Shown piece after piece: positions 37,493-46,879 of a stretch of DNA of 56,801 bases. The notes under the pieces are model-generated. The model was not told where the DNA came from. It made no database searches and worked only from the letters and a program-made list of their open reading frames with translations. How positions within the stretch are numbered: position 1 is the stretch's first letter; each line of letters begins with the position of its first letter. The position numbers were made by a program, and so were the translations under genes. Source of the DNA: Cyanobacteria bacterium P01_A01_bin.123 (GTDB lineage Bacteria; Cyanobacteriota; Cyanobacteriia; Phormidesmidales; Phormidesmidaceae); contig JBCBZT010000048.1 of the NCBI GenBank assembly GCA_039815185.1, positions 1 to 56,801 of the forward strand. The letters run 5' to 3'.

Positions 37493-39316
37493 CTATGAAA
37501 GGATATAGTTTCGAGCCTGAGTATTAAACAAGTGGGCATAAGTACCCTGTTGGCTCATGAGTTCAGCATGGGTACCGCTTTCAACAATACGGCCATGCTC
37601 CATCACATAAATACGATCAGCCATTCTGACAGTAGATAAGCGGTGGGTAATTAAAATTGCTGCCTGGTCTTGAATCAGCTCGCGGAATGATTTGAACACC
37701 TCATACTCAGCTTGAGGATCCATAGCACTGGTGGGTTCATCGAGTACAATGAGCTGGGAATCTCGCAAAAACGCTCGTGCCAGCGCCACCTTTTGCCACT
37801 GGCCAATGCTGAGTTCTTCACCATCTTGAAAAAGCTTACCGAGTCTGGTGTCATACCCTTCAGGCAAGTGGGTTATGACCTCATGTGCCCCAGCTCGTTT
37901 GGCAGCTGAAATAATGTGACTGTCTTGCTGTGGTAGACGAATATTACCCAGCCAAATATTGTCGTGAGCCGTAAGGTGATATTTGGCATAGTCTTGAAAG
38001 ATCACACTGATGTGCTGACGAAGATTGTTTACATCCATGTCACGCAGATCAACACCATCAAGGGTAATGCGCCCTTGGGTAGGATCGTAGAGTCGACACA
38101 GTAGCTTAATCAGTGTTGTCTTACCTGAGCCGTTTTCCCCAACTAGGGCAATAGTTTCACCAGGTTTAACCACTAATGAAATATCCCGAAGTGCTTGCCG
38201 AGGTGTGTCATCATATCTAAAACTTACCTGCTCAAACACAATTCCCTGGCGCATCGGCATGGGAACCATCTTAGGTACAGCAGGACTCGCAATCTTAGGG
38301 TTAAGATCGAGAAACTCGTACAAATTAGCAAGGAATAGATTATCTTCATAAAGGCCAGATACGCCAGAAACCATCCCTTTCAGAGAGGTTTGTCCCCGCT
38401 GTAGCGCCTGATGATAAAGGACTAAATCTCCTAGATTAAGCGAACCATAAAGTGTCTGATACAGAATAAAACCATAGATAGCCCCAACTAAAATACCCGT
38501 TAGCATTTGAGCTATAAAAAACGCCATCGAGCGTCGTGTTATCAGCCGCAGTTTGGCATTGTAAAGCTTGCTCCTGAGGTGATTAAACCGCTGACTAAAT
38601 AGGTGGCCCAAATCAAACAGGCGAATCTCTTTCGCAAACATCTCCCCGATGATTAACCAAGAAAGATACATCGACTCCCTTTCTATTGGTGTCCAGGCCC
38701 GCTGCCATCGATATAGTTTTCGAGTGTAGGTTAATCGCACCAGCACCGTAGGAATTGCCGCCACCAGTAATACACCGACAATACCCCAATGGAGGGTTAA
38801 TAGCAGCCCTACCATTGCCACTAAAGAAATACTACTTTGCCCAACCTGAGCTAACCGCGCAAGGATTTGGTTAGGGCGATGGGTGGCTTCTTGCTGGGCA
38901 CGCTGTAGGGTGTCGTGATAGCGGGGATTCTCATAATAGGCCAGATCAATTTCGATAGATTTGGTATGGAGAATACTGCGCATGTAATCAGTCACCCGCT
39001 GAGCTTGAGCCGTATTGACCAGTTCAGAGAAGGCTTGGCAGAATAGTGTCACTAGGGCAATTGCAGCAACCCCAATTAATAAGGGAGTAATTTGGCTTAA
39101 CACAAGCTGCGGATCAACCGCAGTTAATCCTTCTGTGAGCACATCAATTAGCAGCTTGACCAAATAAATTGAGGCTAATGGCAACAGACCCTGTAGGGTA
39201 ATCAACCCTAACCTAACAATCGTCCACCTAGGGCTACTTTGCCAAACCAGTCGCAGGGCTGGGATCAATCGCTGAGTATTTTGGGCAAAGGCACTGAGTT
39301 TGCGGACAATTCTCAT
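37493..39316 (-). CDS. ABC exporter (TMD+NBD), lasso peptide cluster
   Basis: GENGSGKTT, LSIGQWQKVALARAF, VLDEPTS; N-terminal TM domain. Confidence 0.92.
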   Translation of the reverse strand: MRIVRKLSAFAQNTQRLIPALRLVWQSSPRWTIVRLGLITLQGLLPLASIYLVKLLIDVLTEGLTAVDPQLVLSQITPLLIGVAAIALVTLFCQAFSELVNTAQAQRVTDYMRSILHTKSIEIDLAYYENPRYHDTLQRAQQEATHRPNQILARLAQVGQSSISLVAMVGLLLTLHWGIVGVLLVAAIPTVLVRLTYTRKLYRWQRAWTPIERESMYLSWLIIGEMFAKEIRLFDLGHLFSQRFNHLRSKLYNAKLRLITRRSMAFFIAQMLTGILVGAIYGFILYQTLYGSLNLGDLVLYHQALQRGQTSLKGMVSGVSGLYEDNLFLANLYEFLDLNPKIASPAVPKMVPMPMRQGIVFEQVSFRYDDTPRQALRDISLVVKPGETIALVGENGSGKTTLIKLLCRLYDPTQGRITLDGVDLRDMDVNNLRQHISVIFQDYAKYHLTAHDNIWLGNIRLPQQDSHIISAAKRAGAHEVITHLPEGYDTRLGKLFQDGEELSIGQWQKVALARAFLRDSQLIVLDEPTSAMDPQAEYEVFKSFRELIQDQAAILITHRLSTVRMADRIYVMEHGRIVESGTHAELMSQQGTYAHLFNTQARNYILS

Positions 39317-40230
39317 AATGAGCTCATTAAAGGGGCATCGATAAGATGGTTTTCAACCCGCCGTACTAGTTCTGAGAGCAAGGTCAGATCGCGAGGTCGA
39401 TTGAGCCGATAAAGCGCACACTCTTTAGCAAGATTGGCACACTGAAAGAAATGCTTGGCATCAGGCTTATGAAATAATGTCGAAGGCCGAGAATGCCTTG
39501 ATAGCTCAACAACGGCATCTTGAGGCTTCAGAGGCTCAATCCCAAAATCCGGACTAGATGTCAAAACGTAAATGTGTCCGATGGGTAGGGGTGTTTTGGC
39601 AAATCCTTGATCTAGGCGATAGCCTCGTTTCTTAGCAGACGGATACAGGGGTGATAACAACTCAAAATCATAGCCAAGGGCAGTCGTTATTTCTCGACTT
39701 AACTTGATTTGTGGAAAACCTGGGACGATAACAGGGGGGGATTGGCTCAAGATGACGGGTGCGACATCATCAGTCAGGGTATGATACCCAGATGCGTGGA
39801 AAGCTGCGGCTGTCGATGATTTCCCTTCTCCAGATACTCCCAAAAAAGCCACTGCTTTCCCGTTGATATTGACGGCACTAGCATGAAGGACTAGTAAACC
39901 ACGTTGATACAGCAAAATCCCCATAACAGTTCCCACAAGATAGAACCGTAGTAGAGATTCAGAGACTTCCGGTGCCGGAATAATCACGATGCTGCGACCA
40001 CCTTCGATCAAAAATACACCGGCATCTTTGATATAGAAAATGGCATGCTCTCGGGTTAGTTTGAGATAACCAAATTCTTCAGTTACTTGCGCGGGCAAAT
40101 ATTTAGCCAGGGGCTGACTCGTATTGAATCGAAGGGTGATATCCGCATCACATCTTGAGCCCGCATCTATGAATTCTGGAATGGCAATTTCAGATTGGAT
40201 TCCTAAACCATAGGCAAAATATGAAAACAC
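39313..40230 (-). CDS. HPr-kinase-like lasso peptide kinase
   Basis: Y.AYGL.I.S, LLYQRGLLVLHASAV, GVSGEGKSS, LTDD; adjacent to lasso precursor. Confidence 0.85.
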   Translation of the reverse strand: MFSYFAYGLGIQSEIAIPEFIDAGSRCDADITLRFNTSQPLAKYLPAQVTEEFGYLKLTREHAIFYIKDAGVFLIEGGRSIVIIPAPEVSESLLRFYLVGTVMGILLYQRGLLVLHASAVNINGKAVAFLGVSGEGKSSTAAAFHASGYHTLTDDVAPVILSQSPPVIVPGFPQIKLSREITTALGYDFELLSPLYPSAKKRGYRLDQGFAKTPLPIGHIYVLTSSPDFGIEPLKPQDAVVELSRHSRPSTLFHKPDAKHFFQCANLAKECALYRLNRPRDLTLLSELVRRVENHLIDAPLMSSL

Positions 40231-40270
40231 ATTTTTCTTCCTTTGTGATGTATTGGCGCTATAGATAAGG

Positions 40271-40298
40271 TGTTGTAGTAGCCTAGGCTACTACAACA
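40271..40298. repeat. perfect 28-bp palindrome between precursor and kinase
   Basis: TGTTGTAGTAGCCT|AGGCTACTACAACA. Confidence 0.9.
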
Positions 40299-40390
40299 TC
40301 TCATATCACCTGCTGCAGCAGATGACTTAAATCATTCGGAACCCCCTATGGGGTAGCACGATCACCCTATAGATCGTATTTGACTCCTTG

Positions 40391-40410
40391 TGCTGTAATC
40401 GTTTACAGCA
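40391..40410 (-). terminator. hairpin immediately after precursor stop codon
   Basis: TGCTGTAA-TCGT-TTACAGCA, 6 bp downstream of TAG; no U-tract. Confidence 0.5.
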
Positions 40411-40416
40411 AGCAAT

Positions 40417-40563
40417 CTACAATGAGCCAATGGCAATGTCGCTATCAACGCCAGGGATGATCAAGACGATGCCATCATCAGAGCCAAAGGTTTTTTGCTG
40501 TTGAGTCAAATTTTCGGCAGCACCATGATTCTTAAGTTCCGGTGTAATCCATGTTTTCTTCAT
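40417..40563 (-). CDS. lasso peptide precursor (48 aa)
   Basis: MKKTWITPELKNHGAAENLTQ-QQKTFGSDDGIVLIIPGVDSDIAIGSL; WxxPxL...G.....T leader; Asp at core positions 8 and 9; RBS GAGG; not in ORF track. Confidence 0.88.
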   Translation of the reverse strand: MKKTWITPELKNHGAAENLTQQQKTFGSDDGIVLIIPGVDSDIAIGSL

Positions 40564-40801
40564 TTTGAGATTTCCTCGTAATTGAACAACAACTTAGATC
40601 GAACTAAGGGCACTTTATATGCAATACAAAGCACCTACATAAGTAATCACGATCTAGAAGCAATATCCGGACTTTTTTCTGACTAAAAAAGATCAAAAAA
40701 CTGAATCTACGATGTCAACTTTATTCAGGAAATTGGCATCACAATAAGTGAGTGAAAATACTAAATATTAAGTACGAAAATCATAAAAATGGGATTTCTT
40801 G

Positions 40802-42709
40802 CTAAGAAAGTGTGTTGATGTCAGGAGTCTGATGCAGCCACTTTTCCAAAGTAACTCCTGCCAGTAAGGTCATGGCATCTTCCTTGCTTGACTTGTTATG
40901 AGTAACACAGCATTCATAAGCAGACTTTAAGATCTCGTCATTTACGTAGGATTGAAGCACCTGTGATTGAAGCATCATGTTTTCCAGTGAGGTTTTCTCA
41001 AGTTCTAAAAACCGGCGAACAAAATTTGCCCCCAATCGTCCTTTCCCAGGTCGCCATTGGATCTTGGCCGGTAAGATGTCCGTCATGGCAAAACGTAGAA
41101 TAGCCCGCGACCATCCTTGACGAAACTTCTGTTCTGACGGCAGAGCTAGACAAAATTCCATCAATCGCCGATCAAAAAATGGATAGCGTCCTTCTAAGGA
41201 AGATTTGGCAGCCGTTTTGTCAGTAATTTCCATAACATGGGGATATAGCGCTGTGGTGAGGCTGAGAAAGTGTTGTTTCCTGGGGCTAATTTGCCATAAT
41301 TGAGTATCCGTCAACCTCTGAAGATGAGCAGATAATTCAACTTGGTGGGCAAATGTTGAGTTAACCAAAGTATTATCTAGCTGAGGCTGATTGACCAGCT
41401 GGCATAGCCGCTGCCAAATATTGCTAACAGGGTCTATAAACAATGGCGATAGAACTTGCATCTGCAAAATTGTTTGGCGGGAAATTCGATGGTGTTTGGC
41501 TGCAGCTGCCATCACCTTAAATAAGGTGTACCAACGTCCGGTATATGCGAGCTCAGTCAAATAAGGCCAACCATGGGAAATGGTAGAGTCTCCATCAATG
41601 CCGTCTAGAAAAACCCGCACACCGTGTTGTTGGGCGCAATGGTAGAGTCCCTGATGTATGTAAAGATTAGGTGCACAAATGGGTTCTTCGTCTTGCCATA
41701 GGAGATCAATAAAAGGGTTGAGTTGATCCGCTCGCACATCATGAGAGTCAATGCCCTCAAGCTGTTTTACGGTGTCCATATACTGGCGCTCATCAATCCA
41801 ACGGCGATCTTCTAGGGGAAGACTCGGAAAAATGGCTGAGAAAGTATGAAGCTTTTGCCCTCCAGACTGTCTAAAGAGTTGACGAGCAGTACAAGCAATG
41901 GAGGAAGAATCTAGCCCTCCACTTAAGGTTGAACCCACGGGAAAAGCACTCCGTAACCGACAGCGTACTGCTTCAGTGAACACTTCTTGAAACGCCTCGA
42001 CATATTCCTGATCTGAGCTCAGCCGAATTTCTCGCTTGGGATCTAAAGACCAGTATTTCTGTATTTTCTTAGCTCGAGTATGGTCTATTGTGAGGTAATG
42101 AACTGCGGGTAACTTAAAGATCTCCTGATAAAAGGTATTGACGGGGTCACCGCCAAACATGGCTAGATGACAAGCAACCTTCAGCTCATTAAGTCGTCTG
42201 GGTACATCGGGTAAGCATAGAAGTGCTTTAATTTCGGATGCAAAATAAAAAACTTGATTGGAGTAGTAATAATAGAAGGGTTTAATGCCCATCGGATCCC
42301 TTGCACACAAGAGACTTTGCTTGCGTCCATCCCAAATCGCAAACGCGAAATCGCCAATGAGCTTATCCAGGCATTGATTTCCCCATCGTTCGTAGGCTGC
42401 TAATATCAGCTGACTATCCGCAATCTTTTCAGCAGGAAGACTCTTAAGACCTAGAATTTCAATCAAATCATCCCGGTTATCAATACGTGCATCGGCTGTA
42501 ATTGCCAACTCTCCTTTGACTAAAGGGAGTTGCTCATGTAGAGACTCTGGCGTTGTCCATAACATGCGATGGCCAAATCCCACAGCACCATTACACCAAA
42601 TGTCAGCTCCATCTGGGCCACGATGAGCTAATACATCCACCATCCGAGACAAGTCATGGGACTCAACCGGGCACTGATTCAGATGATAAATTCCGACGAT
42701 GCCGCTCAT
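40802..42709 (-). CDS. lasso peptide isopeptide-bond-forming cyclase (AsnB-like, C protein)
   Basis: MSGIVG (Ser replaces the glutaminase Cys), HRGPDG, ADARIDNR, LSGGLDSSS, GIDGD, YPFFDRRL.EF. Confidence 0.92.
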   Translation of the reverse strand: MSGIVGIYHLNQCPVESHDLSRMVDVLAHRGPDGADIWCNGAVGFGHRMLWTTPESLHEQLPLVKGELAITADARIDNRDDLIEILGLKSLPAEKIADSQLILAAYERWGNQCLDKLIGDFAFAIWDGRKQSLLCARDPMGIKPFYYYYSNQVFYFASEIKALLCLPDVPRRLNELKVACHLAMFGGDPVNTFYQEIFKLPAVHYLTIDHTRAKKIQKYWSLDPKREIRLSSDQEYVEAFQEVFTEAVRCRLRSAFPVGSTLSGGLDSSSIACTARQLFRQSGGQKLHTFSAIFPSLPLEDRRWIDERQYMDTVKQLEGIDSHDVRADQLNPFIDLLWQDEEPICAPNLYIHQGLYHCAQQHGVRVFLDGIDGDSTISHGWPYLTELAYTGRWYTLFKVMAAAAKHHRISRQTILQMQVLSPLFIDPVSNIWQRLCQLVNQPQLDNTLVNSTFAHQVELSAHLQRLTDTQLWQISPRKQHFLSLTTALYPHVMEITDKTAAKSSLEGRYPFFDRRLMEFCLALPSEQKFRQGWSRAILRFAMTDILPAKIQWRPGKGRLGANFVRRFLELEKTSLENMMLQSQVLQSYVNDEILKSAYECCVTHNKSSKEDAMTLLAGVTLEKWLHQTPDINTLS

Positions 42710-43149
42710 CGCTTTACCCCCGCAGCAGAAAGCGGCTTAAATCGACTCAGATCACTCAATCCACCAATAACAACCCGCCCTTCATATTCAATCCAGGCAT
42801 GGGCCTCGAGCTCTTGGGTAGTGCTCCTAGCAACCCCAATATGCAACTGATGAGAATATCCATATCGGTTCAGCAGTATCTGGGCTGTCAGGGCTCGAAC
42901 CAGACACATTGCCTTCCCAGGCGTGTAGCGGCCAGCCACGGCGACAGCCCACACAATGAAGTTTATGGGAATGGGTTGTGAAGCACTATTACATACCCAA
43001 ATCGATGATAGAGTCGTCACTTGCTGCCGAACCACTCCAAAAGGAAACAGCCATAAAGCTAAACGGATTCCATTTAGCAAGAGGCACGCATAGAGCAATA
43101 ACCTCCGTCCTCGCCAAGAAAGGGCAAATAGCTTACTGAATCGGTTCAT
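42706..43149 (-). CDS. lasso peptide leader peptidase (B2)
   Basis: Transglutaminase-like CLVRAL...IGV...AHAWIE. Confidence 0.92.
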   Translation of the reverse strand: MNRFSKLFALSWRGRRLLLYACLLLNGIRLALWLFPFGVVRQQVTTLSSIWVCNSASQPIPINFIVWAVAVAGRYTPGKAMCLVRALTAQILLNRYGYSHQLHIGVARSTTQELEAHAWIEYEGRVVIGGLSDLSRFKPLSAAGVKR

Positions 43150-43441
43150 CTCTTACCTCGATCAGATTGGCATTTTTCAACTCCAGAAGAATGTTGGTTA
43201 GCTCTTGTTTACAAACCTCTGCTGGAACGTCATATTCTTCAACCAAAATGCTGCACAGTGCGCCAAAGCTACGGGGTTGTTGAATCAGCTCCCAAATATA
43301 AGCCCCTACTTCATTTAAGCCATAGTAGATGCCTGAAACCATATTTAAGATGACAGCTTCGCCGGAAAGCTCACATGAAATCTGATCTTGAGTTAGTAAG
43401 ATAACAGCATTAGAAGAAATTTCTGATGATTGAGAAGGCAT
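43133..43441 (-). CDS. PqqD-family RiPP recognition element (B1)
   Basis: GEAVILN..SG.YYGLNEVG..IWELI..P.....L...L..EYDV. Confidence 0.92.
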   Translation of the reverse strand: MPSQSSEISSNAVILLTQDQISCELSGEAVILNMVSGIYYGLNEVGAYIWELIQQPRSFGALCSILVEEYDVPAEVCKQELTNILLELKNANLIEVRDEPIQ

Positions 43442-43626
43442 AGTCACTCTAACTAAAAAATCATAATTGAACGTGAATATATCGCACGTCAAGCCTCCTC
43501 CTATATTCGACAAGAAATCTATAAATCATGAGGATTAGCATCGAACTTATTAAAAGTTTATATTAGTGAAAAGACTCAGATTACAAATCTCACTATCTTA
43601 TAGTATGCCTGTTTTTAATCTATTAT

Positions 43627-44418
43627 TTAATTCGCAATTCCTACCGCATGACCATATTCATCTGTAGAATACATCTCTAGCTCAAATCCTCCTTCTTTGA
43701 GCTCATTAGCAATTTCTTCTTTAGTAAAATAGTGAACATAGTTAGGGGCTAGATAATCTCCAAGCTCCAAGCTTTCTCTTCTCAGGATCCATCGCATAAC
43801 ATTTCCAATGGCAACAATCGTCTTCAGTGCATTACTGTCTTGACGACGATGGAAGAAGGAGAGAAGAATGGGGGATTTTTCTTTTATTTGACTCTTTAGG
43901 TTTTTTAGAAATAAAATTCTCTGTGTTCTTCCTTGAATCAGCATGTAAGCGCCCCAGCCAACAATAATACCATCATATTTTCTATGATTCATAGGGCACT
44001 GGTCTCGCTCGACCCATATAATCTCGGACAAAAATCCTTCACTTTTTATTAAGTCATTGGCAAATTTAGCTAAACTAGGATTACATTCAAAACCATCAAC
44101 ACTGTATCCTGATTTAAGAAGCTCTAAAACTTCTCTACCACCTCCAGTACCACCAACCAATAGATGCTTGCAGTGGCAAAAATATTGATCTAATACTTTT
44201 CTTTCCCAATCCCAAAACCCGCTTTTATTATAGTCTTGATCATAGTAGTTTTTAGTTTTATCATAATAAGATTGATCAACCAAGTGTAAATGTTCTTTTT
44301 TGAGAAAACCCAACCAAAAACCGATGAAGCTTGCATTAGCTAAGGAAATTAATTTCTGTAGAATCTTTAAAGAAGAAGTATAAAGTCTGAGCTCTAAAGG
44401 TTGACTTTGAGTATTCAT
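43627..44418 (-). CDS. class I SAM-dependent methyltransferase-like protein
   Basis: LLVGGTGGGRE glycine motif, GY.VDGFE, YDGIIVGWG. Confidence 0.75.
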   Translation of the reverse strand: MNTQSQPLELRLYTSSLKILQKLISLANASFIGFWLGFLKKEHLHLVDQSYYDKTKNYYDQDYNKSGFWDWERKVLDQYFCHCKHLLVGGTGGGREVLELLKSGYSVDGFECNPSLAKFANDLIKSEGFLSEIIWVERDQCPMNHRKYDGIIVGWGAYMLIQGRTQRILFLKNLKSQIKEKSPILLSFFHRRQDSNALKTIVAIGNVMRWILRRESLELGDYLAPNYVHYFTKEEIANELKEGGFELEMYSTDEYGHAVGIAN

Positions 44419-44481
44419 ATTTATCCAATTTGGTAAACTCTATTTTACAGTTTGATTCAAACAAAGGTTGCTATTGTCAGT

Positions 44482-45549
44482 CTAAACCTGAAGAGGTATA
44501 CTCTTATCTTTTTCACAAATGATGATTTTTTCGTATAAGTATATTGCTCGTTTTAAGATTTGAGGGAAAGTATAAGTAACAGTGACTAATAATAGAGTTA
44601 GATCTATTTTATTCAATCTATTCTCTACGGAAGACGAGAGTTCTGACAGTGGGAAATTGTCATGGAGAAAATTTACGAGTTTCCGGATTAAGAAAGCTCT
44701 TATCGGATTGATCTTTAAGTCTTCAAAAATAGTTTTAGAAATATTACAGTTAACTGTATTTTGAGTCACTAGCAGTGCTGTATAGACAATATTTTTACAC
44801 TGGTAAATCTTGGCATCTTTTACTAATTTATCCCAACTTAAGTTTGGGTAAAAGTAAATGATTTCAGCAATGTCGCAAACTGACTTGAGTCGGAAATATC
44901 GCTTCCGACAAGCATTAATACATGTAAATAGCAGCATATCTTCTGGACACATAACAAATGTCTTTAGATTATTGTTACCAACTTCAATTGGAAAAGCATT
45001 TTTCCAGACATAATTAAAGTCAATTGGGAGTAGGCCATTAATGCTTAAATCATGATGTTCAGATCGTTCCCATTCAGGGTAGTAGTTTAAACCTTTGAAA
45101 AATCTGATGTCTGCTTTATCTTCTTTCGCAGAGACGTTTTCTTGATTATTTTTTAGCAATAAGTCAATATCGCCAGGAGTATATTGAACTGAATCTCTAT
45201 ATACAGTTAAATCTAAGGCTGTTCCCTTTGCTAGCAAAATATCAACGGATTTTTGGTTGAAATACTCTAAAATATTTTCGATGTCTGCTAAGAGATTTTT
45301 GCGATAATTCAAGTGTCGTGAAAAATTAAAAATATGCTTTTTTATCAGCTCTTTAGGTAAACTGATACCCTGTTCTCTGAGTTTTAATAGATTAGCAAAC
45401 ATAATTGATGCAACATTATGCTTCAACGCAGTATCGTAAATATTGTCCCAGTCAACTTCTCCTTGTTTGATGATTGCAGTAGCTTTATCCCTATGGGTTG
45501 AGCTAAAGTCTTTCCGTGTACATAGCCATAGGAGTTGATTCTCAACCAT
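44482..45549 (-). CDS. nucleotidyltransferase family protein (NTP_transf_5-like)
   Basis: DW......A.KH.V, LLAKG.AL...VY, GDIDLL, E.H, PED.LL, RLK..CDI. Confidence 0.8.
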   Translation of the reverse strand: MVENQLLWLCTRKDFSSTHRDKATAIIKQGEVDWDNIYDTALKHNVASIMFANLLKLREQGISLPKELIKKHIFNFSRHLNYRKNLLADIENILEYFNQKSVDILLAKGTALDLTVYRDSVQYTPGDIDLLLKNNQENVSAKEDKADIRFFKGLNYYPEWERSEHHDLSINGLLPIDFNYVWKNAFPIEVGNNNLKTFVMCPEDMLLFTCINACRKRYFRLKSVCDIAEIIYFYPNLSWDKLVKDAKIYQCKNIVYTALLVTQNTVNCNISKTIFEDLKINPIRAFLIRKLVNFLHDNFPLSELSSSVENRLNKIDLTLLLVTVTYTFPQILKRAIYLYEKIIICEKDKSIPLQV

Positions 45550-45651
45550 ACTTTTGAGCCCTATCACCTATAAAGAGTAGATTGTTAGAACCTATTAGTT
45601 GTTCCAACAAAGTCTACAAAACCTGAATTCTGGTTCCAACAAGAGTTTCAA

Positions 45652-45706
45652 CGCTAAGAAAGTTAGTTAGCCACACAAAACGTGTGGCTAACTAACTTTC
45701 TTAGCG
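45652..45706. repeat. perfect 25-bp inverted repeat
   Basis: CGCTAAGAAAGTTAGTTAGCCACAC-AAAAC-GTGTGGCTAACTAACTTTCTTAGCG. Confidence 0.9.
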
Positions 45707-45985
45707 ATCGCGGATAGAAACTTGTGTTTAATACGAGCGGTCAAACTAGCACATCCTCTTTTGGCGATGTCCCTGTCTTTGGAGGTATATCGCTGTGGTG
45801 CATGGCAGCGCAAGAACTTTAGTCTATTTCTACAGTGTTTTCACATAAGTGAGATATGGTCACATCAAACCCACACATCGATAGAAGTGTTTAAATTCCT
45901 CTGCCAATCAGTAATTAGATGTGCGGCAGGGCCTATTGGTTGTGAAAGCAGTTTTAACTGTATGAGCATTCTGGTCTTAGCAGCA

Positions 45986-46035
45986 TGTCTTATATTGAGA
46001 CTAAAAAGTCTATATCTTAGTCTCAATATAAGACA
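45986..46035. repeat. perfect 19-bp inverted repeat
   Basis: TGTCTTATATTGAGACTAA-(12 nt)-TTAGTCTCAATATAAGACA. Confidence 0.9.
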
Positions 46036-46099
46036 GGTAAATCTTAATTCTTGACTGTTAAGATATTGAAGTACAAGCTTACGATTTTGAGTAGAGCTC

Positions 46100-46786
46100 C
46101 TATTCCCTAGGCTTTTCAACGCTGATAAAGGCGTTGGACAAATGCCCCGTTTTGACATAGATCAAACAGCCTTCCTCACTGAATGGCGTATGGACGCTGC
46201 CCGGTGGATTACGCAGCCAGGTTCCTTGGGGATACACGCCCTGTTCGTCTGCAAAAACACCATCGATAACAAAGATTTCTTCGCCACCCCAGTGCCAGTG
46301 CTGTTGAAATTTGGTTTTGGGTGCCCATTTCACTAGCGCTACTTGCTCGGTACTGTAGGCGTGGAGGGGCAACACTTGTAAACCAGGGACTAAACCAGGA
46401 GACCAGGCTACCTTGTGCGTGTCAATCACAACCTGCTGTTGATCCGCTGGCTGCATTTGCCACAGTTTGACCAGGATAGTTGCGCCATCTTTACTATGAG
46501 GAGTGTGGCTGGAACCTACGGGATTACGGACATAGGTGCCGAGGCCAAAGTCTCCGTGCTCATCTGAGAACACACCGTCTAGCACCAAATACTCTTCGCC
46601 ACCGCCGTGGGTATGGGCTGAAAAATAACTACCGGGCGCATAGCGAACGATGGAGGTGGCGCGAGCAACTTCTTCTCCGTCCCGTTCTAACATGCGACGT
46701 TGGACACCTAGCATTGGAGAATCGATCCAGGGTAGTTCTTCGCTAAAAATGACGGCCCGTTGACTCAGATCAGCATGGATTTTCAT
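46100..46786 (-). CDS. ChrR-like double cupin protein
   Basis: GVQRRMLERDG.EVARATSIVRY.PGS.F..H.H.GGEE, repeated as H.H.GGEE..V.DG. Confidence 0.9.
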   Translation of the reverse strand: MKIHADLSQRAVIFSEELPWIDSPMLGVQRRMLERDGEEVARATSIVRYAPGSYFSAHTHGGGEEYLVLDGVFSDEHGDFGLGTYVRNPVGSSHTPHSKDGATILVKLWQMQPADQQQVVIDTHKVAWSPGLVPGLQVLPLHAYSTEQVALVKWAPKTKFQQHWHWGGEEIFVIDGVFADEQGVYPQGTWLRNPPGSVHTPFSEEGCLIYVKTGHLSNAFISVEKPRE

Positions 46787-46879
46787 AGCGTCTACCTCAT
46801 TAAAAAAACTTGGCGTTAACTTGGTTTTTTCATTTTGTAAGCAGGTAGCTTTGCCACCCGCTTAGGGGCTCACAAACGT

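Noticed and set aside
40325..40390. AAGGAG on minus strand suggesting a second precursor ORF
   Set aside because: No ATG at proper spacing and no lasso leader motif in translation
45601..45655. GTTCCAAC/GTTTCAAC starts resembling cyanobacterial CRISPR repeats
   Set aside because: Only 8-10 bp match, no repeat-spacer periodicity, no cas genes
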